DNA of 62,957 nt, filler included, from Intoshia linei (Eukaryota > Animalia > Orthonectida), in NCBI GenBank assembly GCA_001642005.1. It is 6 parts of 6 records of this genome, joined end to end, with 100 filler letters (N's around TTAATTAATTAA, not from the genome) between each part and the next. Parts side by side here need not be neighbours in the genome. Positions count along the whole stretch, not along the records: positions 13,081 to 26,755 come from LWCA01001004.1; positions 26,856 to 38,963 come from LWCA01001111.1; 4 more parts are not named here. One strand, written 5' to 3'. The position numbers and the translations under genes are program-made. Below, one piece after another: positions 14,435 to 27,344 of the stretch. Each line of letters opens with the position of its first letter. Within the stretch, counting starts at the first letter, position 1. Below the pieces are notes generated by a model. That model had not been told where the DNA came from. It was given only the letters and a program-made list of their open reading frames with translations, and searched no databases.

Positions 14435-17372
14435 ATGATACGAAATAATTCAAATACAATTAACGTAAAAAAATTTAAATTTAATCTCAAATTTTTAAAG
14501 GTGGTAGTTGAAGGTAATATTGGATGTGGAAAATCAACCTTTTTGGAATATTATTCAAATGATGCCGATATTGAAGTAATCAATCTAATACGTATACGTT
14601 CATAACAACACTGCAACGGTTATAAAAATATATTAATTTGAGACATTTTATACTCAAAATATATGATTATTTTTTATTTATTGAGAGTTTTTTATTAAAG
14701 TTTTATTTTGAAACTACATGACTGTACTTGATAAATATTTTTTGCAACTTTTTTTATCGTAGCCATATAATTTAATTGATTTTGTAACTTTTTGGTTGTC
14801 TATATATATACTATCATATTTTATCGCAATTTGGCTGCTAATAAAATATTCATGCTATCTTAATCTGTAGTTTTTACTTCAACCCTGAAGGCTAAAATTA
14901 TGATAATTTTAAACGATGACTTATCATTGATGAGTTAATTCATAATTAATTTAAAATTTGATAAAAACGTAATGAATTGAAGTCTAATTAGTAAAAATTA
15001 TTTCGCGGACCGGCATTTAGGAAACGCTGGTTTAAATTTTAAATGTTCAAAAGTATATTTAGATATTTATGGAACCAGTAAATAAATGGAAAAATTTTTC
15101 AAATGTTAATTATTTGGTATATTTATTTGTTACTAGATTGACTTTATGTAATAAGTTAGTAACTATATATTAGTACATTGTACTTGGTACAATTTATACC
15201 GTACAAACAACAGCTAGCTCTGCATATGACCGAATTGACTTAAGTTGATTTTAATTTTTAAAATTAAAATTTCAATAATAATATCGTATTGTTCGAATTT
15301 GTAATTATATTGTTGCAATGCACTGTAAAATGTGTATACAATCAATTGTCACTTTTTTTGAAATTGTAGGATGAATATTTTTATTTTTGATTTGAATTTA
15401 AAGTTCTGTGATCTAAAAATTTTATAAAGCATTTTACCCTTTTGTACATTTTTATCAATGAACTGAATGGTTCGGACACGGATAAATATGTAACAGGATA
15501 GCTTCGTGTGTATTGATATTTATCCTTAATATAGGAAAAATTTTACAAAGATCCAAAGAGATGGGCGTTTACATTTCATTCAATTGTCCAATACACAATG
15601 ACAGAAATTCACAAATGCAATACGGTACGATTTAAAAACATTCTTTTATTTTAAATTATCAAACAAGAAATTTTAAAATATGTATCAAAAATTAAGTAAC
15701 TAACAAATGTAAATAATAGTATACAATGTATACTATACCTCAGGGGTGCCCAAACTTTTTTTGATGCGATCGACAAATACATTGACTAGAAAAATTTTTC
15801 TGATCGGAACCTATTTTAAAATTAAAAAGTATGATTGTAGAAAACAAAAATTAAAATTCGGAATAATTCGAAGCATTTTCGCTGTATATTTAAAAATTAT
15901 CGGCAAAACCTAGTATAAGAAATATTGGATTAATACAAATATTATAATTTAATGTAGCAAGTATATCATTTAATAATATTGCTGGAGAAGGGGTTAAATA
16001 AGTAAAGTTTCGGTATTCACTCCTCATATAATCAACTACTTTTTAACAATATATAAATACAATTAAATTTTATCAATATTAAATTAAATTGTTTTAAGAC
16101 AAAGATCATTTTAATGACGAGTATTATTAAAATAAAAAATTAATTCTAATTTTTTAATTTTGGCGATCGACAGGTTTGGCATAGCTGCTATACATAGTAG
16201 ATTTAAATTTATTTTAATAAAAAAAAATTTTTTTTGAACCAAACTTTCAAGAGGCGTTTTTAAAATTTTTTTTTTGAACCAAACTTACCGCGTGGTACAC
16301 TGTACCATTTCACTATCAATATGATAACAAATTACACCGATGAGATGACAGATAATTTAAAAGTGATACTTATGTGTTAATCTGTGATATAAAATATTTT
16401 CATAAAGTGTTACACAATATTATCACTTTGGATTTAGCTATTATCTTACCGGTGCAATTTGTATCATATTGATAGTGAAATGGTATATTTTTATAAATTT
16501 TTTATAATATCAATTTGTATGTTTAGCTAAAAAAGATAAAAATGATGGAACGCAGTTTGCTTAGTGACCGTCACGTTTTTATCGAAAATTTAATTGCCGT
16601 GTAAAAACTCTAACAATAAATATACATTAACGCATAATTCTAGTCAAATACTTACAAATCATGAGTATACAATCTTGGATAAATGGTATAATAAAATTAT
16701 GGAATCAGAATCTGTTCCAATCGATGTAATAAGTATGTAGTTTCGTATTTTATGTAAAATCTTTGTTTGATTTTATACTTTTATAATTTCACATTTTTTT
16801 CGCAGTTTATTTAAGAGCGTCACCTGAAAAATGTCTCCAACGGATTAGAGAAAGAAGTAGACCTGAGGAAAAGGGAATATCTCTGGTAAACGATTAATTG
16901 TCTTATCTTAATGGGTCAGTTACATCATAACATCACGTTTTTGTTTTTTGTACCAAACAACGTTTTATATTAAATTTGCATCTTTTCCTTGCAAAATCTT
17001 ATAATATAGTATAGATTTTCAGTAAGCACCTAACAAATGTAAAATTTTTATTTTGTTATTTTCATGGTGCATCAAAAATTTTTAATTGGTTCTAAGTGCG
17101 CCCAATAAATAAAGGTTTAGAAGCACTGATGTAAATAAACAATGGTTATTGTTTTAATATGTTGTTTATCAACTATAATACATACTGAATTTAATTTTTA
17201 GAATTTTTTAAAAAAGCTACACACTCTTCATGATAAATGGCTATTAAATACTGCTAATTTAGTGGGAACCCCAACAATTTATGTAATTGATGCTAAAAGA
17301 GGTAAAGAATACATTAAAAGCATCATTAACTCTATCAAAAAGAATTTAATCAATAAAACTGTTAAACTTTAA
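14435..17372 (+). CDS. Deoxynucleoside kinase (dNK/TK2/dCK family), ~220 aa, exons 14435-14464, 14501-14575, 15063-15116, 15535-15624, 16527-16600, 16644-16732, 16806-16885, 17202-17372
   Basis: P-loop VEGNIGCGKSTF, EPVNKW, FYKDPKRWAFTF, MMERSLLSDRHVF, IYLRASPEKCLQRIRERSRPEE, LHTLHDKWL. GT-AG introns in phase. Confidence 0.92.
15741..16187 (+). mobile_element. hAT-type MITE (second copy inverted at 48123-48346)
   Basis: CAGGGGTGCCCAAAC...GCGATCGAC subterminal motif at both ends. The reverse complement of the same sequence occurs at 48123-48346. Confidence 0.65.
16303..16485. repeat. Fold-back MITE: ~75-bp imperfect inverted repeat
   Basis: TACCATTTCACTATCAATATGATAACAAATTACACCG... pairs with ...CGGTGCAATTTGTATCATATTGATAGTGAAATGGTA. 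Confidence 0.8.
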
Positions 17373-17810
17373 ATGTATTTATTAAAATTGTATATAATGT
17401 TTTATTGTGGAGCTAGCTAGCTTGTCTCTTATTTACTTTGTAAATACAGTCGTTAGCCTTGCCGAGGTCGGACATTTCAAATCAAATTAATTTTAAAAAT
17501 TATTCAATATATCATATTTTATTTTATAAAAAATGCAATCTTTACTTGAGTAAGGTAATTCACTCCTAATTTTTTTATTTTTTAAAATATTAGGTAATTT
17601 GTCGGTCGACCGTAAAGATTCACATTTATGAGAGTAGAATTTATCATACTGTTTACAGCGAAAAAAAATGACTTGGTATTTGTGTTTTTTAAGTTTTTTG
17701 GGGCAAAGTTTTCTAAATAAGTGGTTACTGAGTCAGTAACATCGTACAACCCAGACAATATAAATTTTAAATTCAATTTTTTTTAATATTTTTAATACGT
17801 ATCAATACAT

Positions 17811-20800
17811 TTACACATTAATTTCATCAATAACTTCATAATTAGTTTTTTCTGGTTTCAAAAAAGTTTTTGAAATTTCTTGAAACGTTTTTTGATTTGT
17901 TTCGGGAAAAATGAAGTACAATACAACAATAAAGATCAATGCATTTACAATAAAAATTATAAATATGTAATTATGCATTACTTCCTAAAATATTATTTAG
18001 TTTACATTTTTCCATAATAACTAAACTGATCAAATAAAACTTATCAATTTTAGTTTATTTCGAGCAAATTTTAAGCAAAAAAAATAATTTGCTAGTTAAG
18101 TCAGAGTTGCCAAATTTGCGATTTTGTCTGAAATCCTAGATTATCGATATATTTATCTGAAAAAATCTGAAAAAAATCGCACGATTAATAATTTCACGGT
18201 AGCATTAATAAAATTTAATAATATTAACATTTAAATAAAAAATATCATTTCAAACTTTGAAATTCAAAGTCTTATAAAAAAATTCACTTTTTTATCAATA
18301 TTATTTGAAATAATCCGATTTTACCAAACCTAATGAGAAAAATCCTCTTAATACAACCTCAAAATAAAAAATCAATTATTGACACACGCATAAAATTATG
18401 GCTTATAATTTAATTATTATTTTTAATTTCTCACACTAAAATGTAGTTTTCAATTTAATTTAATGTAAAAGTCTTAGCCATAAAAGAATTTATATAAATA
18501 ATAATAAATAAATTTTTTAATCTGCGATAAAATTAGTTTATTTTCTGGCAACTCTGGGTTAAACCTTTAAATCTTTTTTTGGTCTCTTTAGTTTTTTTGA
18601 TATTTGTTTATAATGTAAATTTTACAATGTAACACATTGTAAATTAGGGGCGGCCACTTTTTTGTACCAAACATTTTTTTAAAATTTACACATGATGATT
18701 TTCAGTTTTATTTGAAGTAAAACGGTTATGATATATCCAACAAAATAAAATTCAGAGCGATCTGAAAATTCAGTATTAAAATGATTATTATAAGCCAATT
18801 ATAATAGAAAATGTTTAAATCGTTATTTAAAAACTTGACTATTTTACTTATTTATTCAAAAGACCACTAAAATTATTTTGTGGGCCACTTTTGGCCCGAG
18901 GCCACTGGTTGTCGACCCGTGTTGTAAATGAATACATATTAATCGTGTCTTTATATTAAATTTACCTTTAAAATTATAACCATAAAAGAAACGATTAGAG
19001 TAAAAATCCAATTTGTACATCCAGCTATACTCATGGCCATAGATCGGTAATTTTGATCGAACAATTCACAGGTAATAATGTGTGGAATTGGACCTATATA
19101 TCAATTACTGTACTTATTACAGAAGGTGTCACTTTCTCATCAAATTTTGAGAATGAAGTACCAGGTTACTATATAATTTTAATAATTATTATTATTATTT
19201 ATTATTTAGGACTTTTATATCTCGAATTTGCATATTGTATGGGCGTAATAAAAATTATTTATATAATATTTATTCTGTGTTCCATAAAATTTAACACAAT
19301 ATAATTTCAAATCGTATCCTCTTAGAGCAGGGTTTCTTAATTTTTTTTAAATTTAGCACCCCGTTAGCCAGATTATTTCCAGTACCCCTGGAAAATATAA
19401 TATAATACCTTAAAATTCAACTTAAAAATCGTATTTTATTGAGATTTTTAAAAATCCACACTGTTGAACATAATCAATAAATGAACATTAGTAGGGTTAC
19501 CAACATTAAACTATATTAGTCTCAACTCGAATTTTTGAGCTAAACTGAAAATTTGGCTTAAGCGCCGCGAAGCATGTTTTTTTTTGTTATTTAAAAATTT
19601 CAAAAAATAATAACAGTTTACACACAATTTTTATTGCAAATATTAAAATAAATACTTTAAATTTTTCATAACAAATGGCACATTTCAAATAATTTTGATA
19701 GAAATAATTAAATTACCCTGATAAATATCACTTAATTCTGAACCCTGAGTTTAATTTAAAAATCCGAAGTTTCAAGGGAAAAATAACGCAGTTGGCAACC
19801 CTAAACATTAGGGTTATGACCATATTCAAAGATCCAAAAGTATTTTTCACCATCAGTATTATTGGTGATGGTGATCCTGAAAAAAATATTCAAATTAGTT
19901 AAGTTTGGACCAGGCCACTCAACATTAAATTTTTACCTATAAGTTCAAATTAAACTTTATTTTCATAGTACATCATAGATATACACTTATTTTAGTGATA
20001 AAATAAATTTCAATTTGAAAATACGTTTAATTACATTTTTTATCATAATTTAAAAAATAATAATAGTTTTTCTTGCACCCCGAGGGGTGCTAGTACCCCG
20101 GTTAAGAAAGTTGCAATAAAAAATCTCTTTCAAAAAAATGTATTAGATATTGGATTTTTATTAAAATTTTGGGACTCTTAATTTTTTAATTGAACAGTAC
20201 CACACGCACACACCGATATTAATTTATATATAAATAAAGGATAATAATAATATATTTTCATGATACAACCAAATGAACAAAACATAAGTAGTAATCACGC
20301 TAATTTCAAGATAACAGTGACATCCTAATGAATATGAGGTTTATTAAAAAATATACCTATTCCAAGTTCAAATAAAATAATGTAAAAGAAAATGGACATG
20401 ACTGTAATTCTGGTATAAGTGTAATTTTGTTGTAATATCTACATTTTGTTATGAGCATTATTATAAATTATCATTTATAAAAATGTATTTTATAATTTAT
20501 TTATTTATACATGTCTCATCCCTTTCCCCGGCGATACACGACGATTTTAATACTGAAAAAAATAACTATCTTAAAATAAAAAATTTCATTTGTAATTTTT
20601 TTTTACCCAACTTTAATTTTATGTCTCGTTGAAGAATTCGTGTATAGTTAATTAAATTGTTAAATAATTGGGTCTATTAATAGATAGGCAGTGTCAAGTA
20701 GACACAGGACCGTGAAGGTTAACACTAGGTCCTGGTCAGTTCGAAATTGTAGGTCTATATAATTTTTTTTAAAAATGAGAAGTACATACAATGTTCAATG

Positions 20801-23800
20801 TACATAAAAGTTAGAAATAGCATTGGTCATCATAAAAATGAAATTTTGTAACATTACCTATTAATAAATGAAAATAATAGACCCTCGAAGTGGTAGCCCG
20901 GATCATGTGACCCCTAGCCCGATCTCCACGGTTCTGATTAGATACACTGTATTTAATTTGAATTTAACCGATAGCATTTGAGAATAACGATCCACTTGAT
21001 TTACAGTAATCATTACACTGATTAAAAAGAAAAACATTCCAATTAGAGAATAAATCATTAATGGTCTTCTACCTATTCGATCCACCAAAAATATCTAATA
21101 TAAAATCATTTTAAATTATTTATAAAATGTTAATAATCTAATTATGCCATTTTCAAATCTTACGGATGGTACGACTCCCATTACATTAATTATAGAACAA
21201 GCGAGAATACCATAATTTATACAATTCAGAGGTAGCAAATTTTTAAATATATCGTATGAATAAAAAAATATCTAAGAATAGATTATTATATATCTTAAAT
21301 ATGATACAAAATTGATTCCGCACATTTGTTGAATATATTGTACACATAATGAAATGAGCAGCGGATATAAGAGAAATCTCTTTTGAAAAAAATTAAAGAA
21401 AGACTCATTCTTTTTTCTTAGTGTTTTGCTCATTATTTGTTCCAATTCAACTTCAATGTTTTCAGTTCTTCTGAAAAATTTCAGTGCTAAATATACACTT
21501 ATTATTACATATTAATTATTATTAATTATTTCACATTTTTTGTTTTAATAAAATATTATGAAAAAAAATACATGAATACTAAAATGCTTTTTTGACCGTG
21601 AAGTCGTCACTTATTCCGATTAAAATTTTTTATGTGTGTTAACAGGATACAACTGTACCACCTGTAAATTTTTTGAAATTCTAGGGCTGTTTTCATTAAA
21701 AAAAGAAAGGTAATTTGTGGTTTTGCCCCNAAATTCTAGGGCTGTTTTCATTAAAAAAAGAAAGGTAATTTGTGGTTTTGCCCCTAAAGATATAATTTTT
21801 TTAAATTTAAATTTATGATTTTAAAATCCCCATCAGCGTATATATTTTTTTAAATTCTCCAACTCGTTTGATTTTCAAAAAGAGGGACAACTGGAGTTTT
21901 TGACCCGTAAGATGTGAAATTGGAAGGTTGGAATTTATCTTAATATACATCCCGGATAAAACTGTATTTAAAATATGGTCTTTAAAAAATTCTAGAACTG
22001 GTAGTTATTTCAATAAAGTGTAACACACAGAAACACACACAAACAAAAATCGCGTAGCATATTTGATAAGTTAGGACAAGCTTGACTGTTGTGCAATTCG
22101 TTCTAACCGTACATAGCTTTGCCGAGGGAGGAGTTTTTTAATTGTACCACTAAATAAAATTCAATGATAAAATATCAAGTAAACATGTGATAATTAGCAA
22201 ACATGCAACTATTCAACTTTATACGATATTGAATAATATTTTCTGCAAAGAAGCGGTAAAAATATTAGGCAAAAGTTGATATCACCCATAAATGAGGTGA
22301 CAGGATAATTAATAAATTTTCGAATGCGATCTTATGTCCTGTAAAACTTTTTAAAGTTACCTGCTATTGTTTTCTCTTTATCTTTTGGGTTAATTGACAA
22401 ATATTGTGGAGATTCTGGTATAAACATCATACAAAAACTACATAGGATGCATGATGCCACATTCATCAAAAAGATATTACACCAAGCTGAATCTGTTCCT
22501 AAAATTAATTTAAGTAAAGTAACATGTATTTACAAAATATTTACCAAACACATTTTCCAAGCCCAGAATACTGGCGAAAAGTATACCCAAGGTTATCATT
22601 AGTTGATTAATCATTCCCAGTGAGCCACGTATTTTTAAAGGTGCAATTTCTGTTATATAGAGCACACCAAGTTGTGAACCAATTCCTATTAGAATAGCAA
22701 ATTATTATTAAAATAAAATTGTATCACATTAGAACATGGTTCGCAAACAAAATCAAAAGTCAAAATGTATATAAATTTGTCAAACTATTGTAATAGGTTA
22801 CATAATTATGTATATTAAATTTCAACAATTTTATTGTACATGTAATGATGTTGGAAAATTTCTTGAGTATACCAAAATTATCGTATAATGAAATGTTCTA
22901 TTAACAATAGAATCAGTTATTTTAAATTCTTAGATAATGAACGATCGATTAAACAATGTATAAAAAACCTTTATTAAAGGTACCATTTTTTTAAAAAATT
23001 TGTGGCCCTACAATTTACATCTGGCCCTGCCACTAGTTGGCCACCTCGACTTTATATTATAAAAATAATAATACCACAATGTATTCCAGTGACAAAACGA
23101 CCGAATGGTAGAAAATAAATAATTCGTGAATGATACGTAAGGAATTGAAATATTCCGCCCATTATTCCCACTAATTGATTACCTATTAATAACTGTCGTC
23201 TAAAAAATATAAAAAAATTACAATAAATTTTAAGTTGAATTTAATCAGTTACTTTTTCTAAAAATTTTTACCTGTTTTAGGGAATTTTTTTATAAAATTT
23301 ATTCACCTCATTATCCCTATAAACTCAATTTTTATTTAGTTAAGTTAGTTAATTTAAGTTAGTTTTATACATTTAAAAAAAAAATACCTTCCAATTTTTT
23401 TTAATATAAATCCCATTGACATAGCGCCTAAAGCACCACCTAAACTTCCCATCGCTAGACACAGAGGAAAGTACCATTCTTCACTATTTTCATCAATGAT
23501 ATTCATATAAAATTTATTGATTATCTAGAATAAATTAAAATATTATATACTGTTATATCATTGGTTTCAGATTTGGGTCCCTGGACCCATTGGGTATCCA
23601 AAACTATATTTTTTGGTCTGTTCTTTTGTTTATTTTTATAAGAGAATTTTAATATTTATTACATGACATAAATATATCAACGATAATAACAAAGTTGTAT
23701 TACTTTTAGTAATTTGTTGTTGTAGTTTTAATCTAAAATTTTAAACAAAAATTTTTGATAATGAGAATTTGAGATTGAAAAATTGCTTAGCAATGAAAAA

Positions 23801-24651
23801 AATTTCGAAGGAATGAATTATATATATTTTTACTCATATTTCTTTATTGGAAATGTGTAGACGTTCAATGGACGTTTTTTGGAAATAGTAGGATCAATAT
23901 TTACATTTCCAATTTTTATTTTAATCAAAATATTGGAAAAATATTGGTTGATAATATATTAAAAATTATTTTTCACTGGGAATGCGTAGACTTCTGGGAT
24001 TGAAATATTGTATTTATATCAACATGAATAAGCTCTATCAGAATAATTTTTTTTTTAATTTTCGGACCGTTAAATATTTTACATTTTTGTTTTAATAAAA
24101 TATTTGAAAAAAAATATATGAATACTAAAATGCTTTTTTACCCATAAGGGCGTCACTTATTCAGATTGAAATTTTTTTTGTGTGTTAACAGGATACAACT
24201 GTACCACCTGTAAATTTTTTTAAATTCTAGGGTATTAAAAAAATAAGGGTAATTTGTGGTTTTGGCCTTGAAGATATATTTTTTTAAATTCTCGAAATCG
24301 TTCTATCGTAGATTAAATACTGGTGTAGTGATAGTATTAAACAATAGTAAAATTAACCATTTATACAGTCAATACTAAATTGGTCATTACTTTCCTGGAA
24401 ACATGGTTCTATTATTCGTAAAAAATTTTCAATTCCCGATTTTGGCGAATATTGGACTCACGGTATTTAAGTATAATGAATTCTATTGTTTATAACGACA
24501 CTAAAAATCAATCGTCACATCTATTACATTAAAGTCAACAACTGTAAAATACCTTTTTAATAGGATTTAAACTGCCATTATTAAATCCAAACTGGAAAGC
24601 TGTTCCAAAATAAATGGCAAAAGTAGAAAAGAGCAAATTAATATTAATCAT
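17811..24651 (-). CDS. Facilitated glucose transporter (SLC2A/GLUT, MFS sugar porter), ~478 aa, 11 exons: 24553-24651, 23388-23524, 23075-23199, 22545-22685, 22361-22498, 21308-21486, 21164-21271, 20969-21094, 20357-20438, 18966-19093, 17811-17984
   Basis: FQFGFNNGSLN, IGRR, GRFVTGIHCG, YITEIAPLKIRGSLG, PESPQYL, QQMCGINFIFFYS, VDRIGRRPL, FELGIGPIPHII.CELF, NW, FPETNQKTFQEI. All exon phases close. Confidence 0.92.
18102..18556. mobile_element. hAT-type MITE in GLUT intron
   Basis: TIRs CAGAGTTGCCA / TGGCAACTCTG, degenerate 8-bp TSD agttaagt/ggttaaac. Confidence 0.7.
19492..19803. mobile_element. hAT-type MITE nested in a larger MITE (approx. 19328-20113)
   Basis: TIRs TAGGGTTACCAAC / GTTGGCAACCCTA with a perfect 8-bp TSD AACATTAG (19484-19491 and 19804-19811). 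Confidence 0.85.
20705..20936. mobile_element. Small hAT-like MITE in GLUT intron
   Basis: TIRs CAGGACCGTGAAG / CTCCACGGTTCTG, degenerate TSD agtagaca/attagata. Confidence 0.6.
21520..22130 (-). mobile_element. Non-autonomous Helitron-like fragments joined head-to-tail (3' end 22077-22130 abutting a 5' end at 22076)
   Basis: On the minus strand ...CTCGGCAAAGCTATG...AACAGTCAAGCTTG|TCCTAACTTATCAAATATGCTACGCG..., followed by the family body (AGGATACAACTGTACCACCTGTAAA motif on +). Confidence 0.7.
23660..24300 (-). mobile_element. Internal fragment of the Helitron-like family
   Basis: Collinear with 25640-26520, 48920-49810 and (reverse complement) 39130-39960. Confidence 0.75.
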
Positions 24652-25639
24652 TAAAATGATAATTTTTATATTTCAGATGAATACATTCTTTTGAAAAAGA
24701 AAAAAGTCTATGTGCAATACAAACTATATATTTAAATTTTGTCAAAATAAATAAAGTCTACAATATTGTACGAGGTGAAGTACAAGTACTATCTAATATT
24801 TGAATATACCACATTTTTAATTAAAATAAATAATTAATAATATATTTGATTAACTCTGTCCGCTACAAGTTTTCAAAAACTAAGAATCCTCAAATGTTAA
24901 AAAACAGGACTGTCAATGTATTATAATTATTTTATTCATTAAAAAATGATACACATTAAATTTAATATAAACACAAATTTAATTTAAACTACGTGCCAAT
25001 TTTTTTAAAATTACTATTTATACTATTTTTAGATAAATAATACATGTATATTAGGGTGTCACATTTTTTCAAAAATGTTAGAATTCGATGGGCAATTAGC
25101 ACTAAAAGTGTGTATTTTTAAAATAGAAAGACTAATTCCAATCAAAAACCAAAATGATAAGAAGTTGCCAAAAACTACACTCATAAATTCACATTGGTGT
25201 TTGTATAAATGCCAAAAACTTGATTGTAATTACGTGTCATAAATTAAATATATTTTATTTATATTTTATTGCTAATTCTTAGCCAAATATTAAAGCCAAA
25301 TTTAAGTTGTTCACTTTACAAATCAATGACATTATAAATTTGTGAATTTTGAGCTTTAAATTTTAGTGTTTTTTAATATTTCGAAAGTGAACTATATTTT
25401 AACAGAAATTGACGTTTGAGCTTTTAAACGTGGTACCGACTTTATAATATTGTTCTTTATGTTTAGTTATACAGTTTATTTTTTTAAATTTGTTTCTAGC
25501 TCATTTTTTTGGATTTTATTAACGATTAATTATTAATTTCTCGAATTCTGGCTATTTGCATTATTTAAATTTTATGCAATGCAAATCATATCTAATTAAA
25601 AATTTAAATTTAATATAACATGATTCCATTCGCTTATAC

Positions 25640-26520
25640 TATTTTGGATGAATTTTACCAACATTGCAAAGCATTGTAATAAATACAAAAATGATAATAA
25701 CAAAGTTGAACTTTTAGTAGCTGTAGTTTTCAAATAAATTTCGTTAAATTTTTGAAAATAAAAAATTGCGTAGCTATGAAAAAAAACTTGAAGAAATGAA
25801 TTATATAGATTTTGACCCATATTTCTTAATTGGAAATGTGTAGACGTAAATGTGTTCAATGCACATTTTTTTTGAAATTGAAAAATTAATATTTACATTT
25901 TCAATTTTTATTTTAATCGAAATATTTCAAAAATATTGGTTGGTAATATATTCAAAATTATTTTTCATCGGGAATGCGTAGATTTCTGAGGTTGAAATTT
26001 TGTATTTATATCAACTGAAATAAGTTGTATCAGAATAATCTTTTTTTAATTTTACCGTTAATTATTTCACATTTTTTTTATTAAAATAGTTTAAAAATAA
26101 AAAAATATCAATACTAAAGTGTTTTTTTGACCGTGAAAACGTTACTTATTCAGATTAAAATTTTTTGTGATTGTTAACAGGATACAACTGTACCACCTGT
26201 AATTTTTTTTTAATTATAGTGAGTTTTCATTTTAAAAAAAAATGGTAATATATGGTTTTAGCACTGATGATAGATTTTTTTAAATTTAAATCTATGATAA
26301 TATTTATGATTTTAAAATCGGTATCAGAGAATATATTTTTTAAATTCTCCAACTCGTTTGATTTCAAAAAAAAGGATAATTGTGGTTTTTGACTAATAAG
26401 ATGTGAGTTTCGGAGGTTAAAATTTACTGTCACCTTTGGAAAAAACTGAAATAGAAATGTGGACTTTATAAAATTCTAAGACTCTTAGTTATTGCAATAA
26501 ACGATAACACAGATACAAAC
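25640..26520 (-). mobile_element. Internal/5' fragment of the Helitron-like family
   Basis: Shared blocks GGGAATGCGTAGA, AGGATACAACTGTACCACCTGTAA and ATGTGGACTTTATAAAATTCTAAGACT, also seen in the complete copy at 56203-56606 and in other copies. Confidence 0.75.
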
Positions 26521-26855
26521 AGTTTTAGATAACACTGTCCAACATTGCAAAAAGAAACTTAATGTAACATATATTAAAATAATCAGCTAATTTTTTTGAT
26601 TCTAACGATATACATATTTGTATAATTGAAGATCAAAAACATGTGATATTTTAATTAGTAATTTTACTATTCTATTAAATTTTTAATCACAAAAAAACAT
26701 TGTGACATGTTTTACATGTCAAATAAAGTTTTTATTACATCTTTCAATTAATTAANNNNNNNNNNNNNNNNNNNNNNNNNNNNNNNNNNNNNNNNNNNNT
26801 TAATTAATTAANNNNNNNNNNNNNNNNNNNNNNNNNNNNNNNNNNNNNNNNNNNN

Positions 26856-27330
26856 ATTAATTCTGATAAATACTGTGAACAATTAGAAAAATTAAATCAC
26901 AATATTTACTTGTAAAGACCACTAAAGTTTCCTAAAGGCAATATTATCCTACAACAAGACATGACTATGCTAGACCTCACACTTATAAAAAAATTTCTGT
27001 TTCTAAAAGAGTTAAAATTTGAAGTATTACCACATCCACCGTATTCACCAGACTTAGCACCATCTGACTATTACCTATTTAAAGCTATGATTAACCATTA
27101 CTATGGTAAAAAATACACTTCAAATGAAGGGTTAAAATTGGACATAGAAAAGTTTTTGTCCAATAAAGAAGCGAGTTTTTATGCTAATGGTATAAATAGA
27201 CTACCTGAACGTTGGTAAAAGACTGTGGAAAGCAATGGTGAATATTTTATAATATAAATGTATTTTTAATATAATCAAATAAACTTTTTAATTTTGTTAA
27301 AAAAACGACATTACTTACGGAACGACCTAA
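26856..27330 (+). mobile_element. Mariner (DD34D) transposon 3' half, truncated by gap
   Basis: INSDKYCEQLEKL, FEVLPHPPYSPDLAPSDYYLFKAM...FYANGINRLPERW*. Right TIR ...CGACATTACTTACGGAACGACCTAA followed by TA. Confidence 0.9.
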
Positions 27331-27344
27331 TACATTATGTATAA

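Noticed and set aside
15505-15534. TCCTTAAT near an acceptor, resembling a U12 branch site
   Set aside because: The matching donor is GTATATTT, not the U12 consensus RTATCCTT. Likely chance in AT-rich DNA.
21677-21784. Direct ~53-bp duplication separated by a single n
   Set aside because: The duplication flanks an ambiguous base and is absent in other family copies, so it is a contig-overlap artefact.
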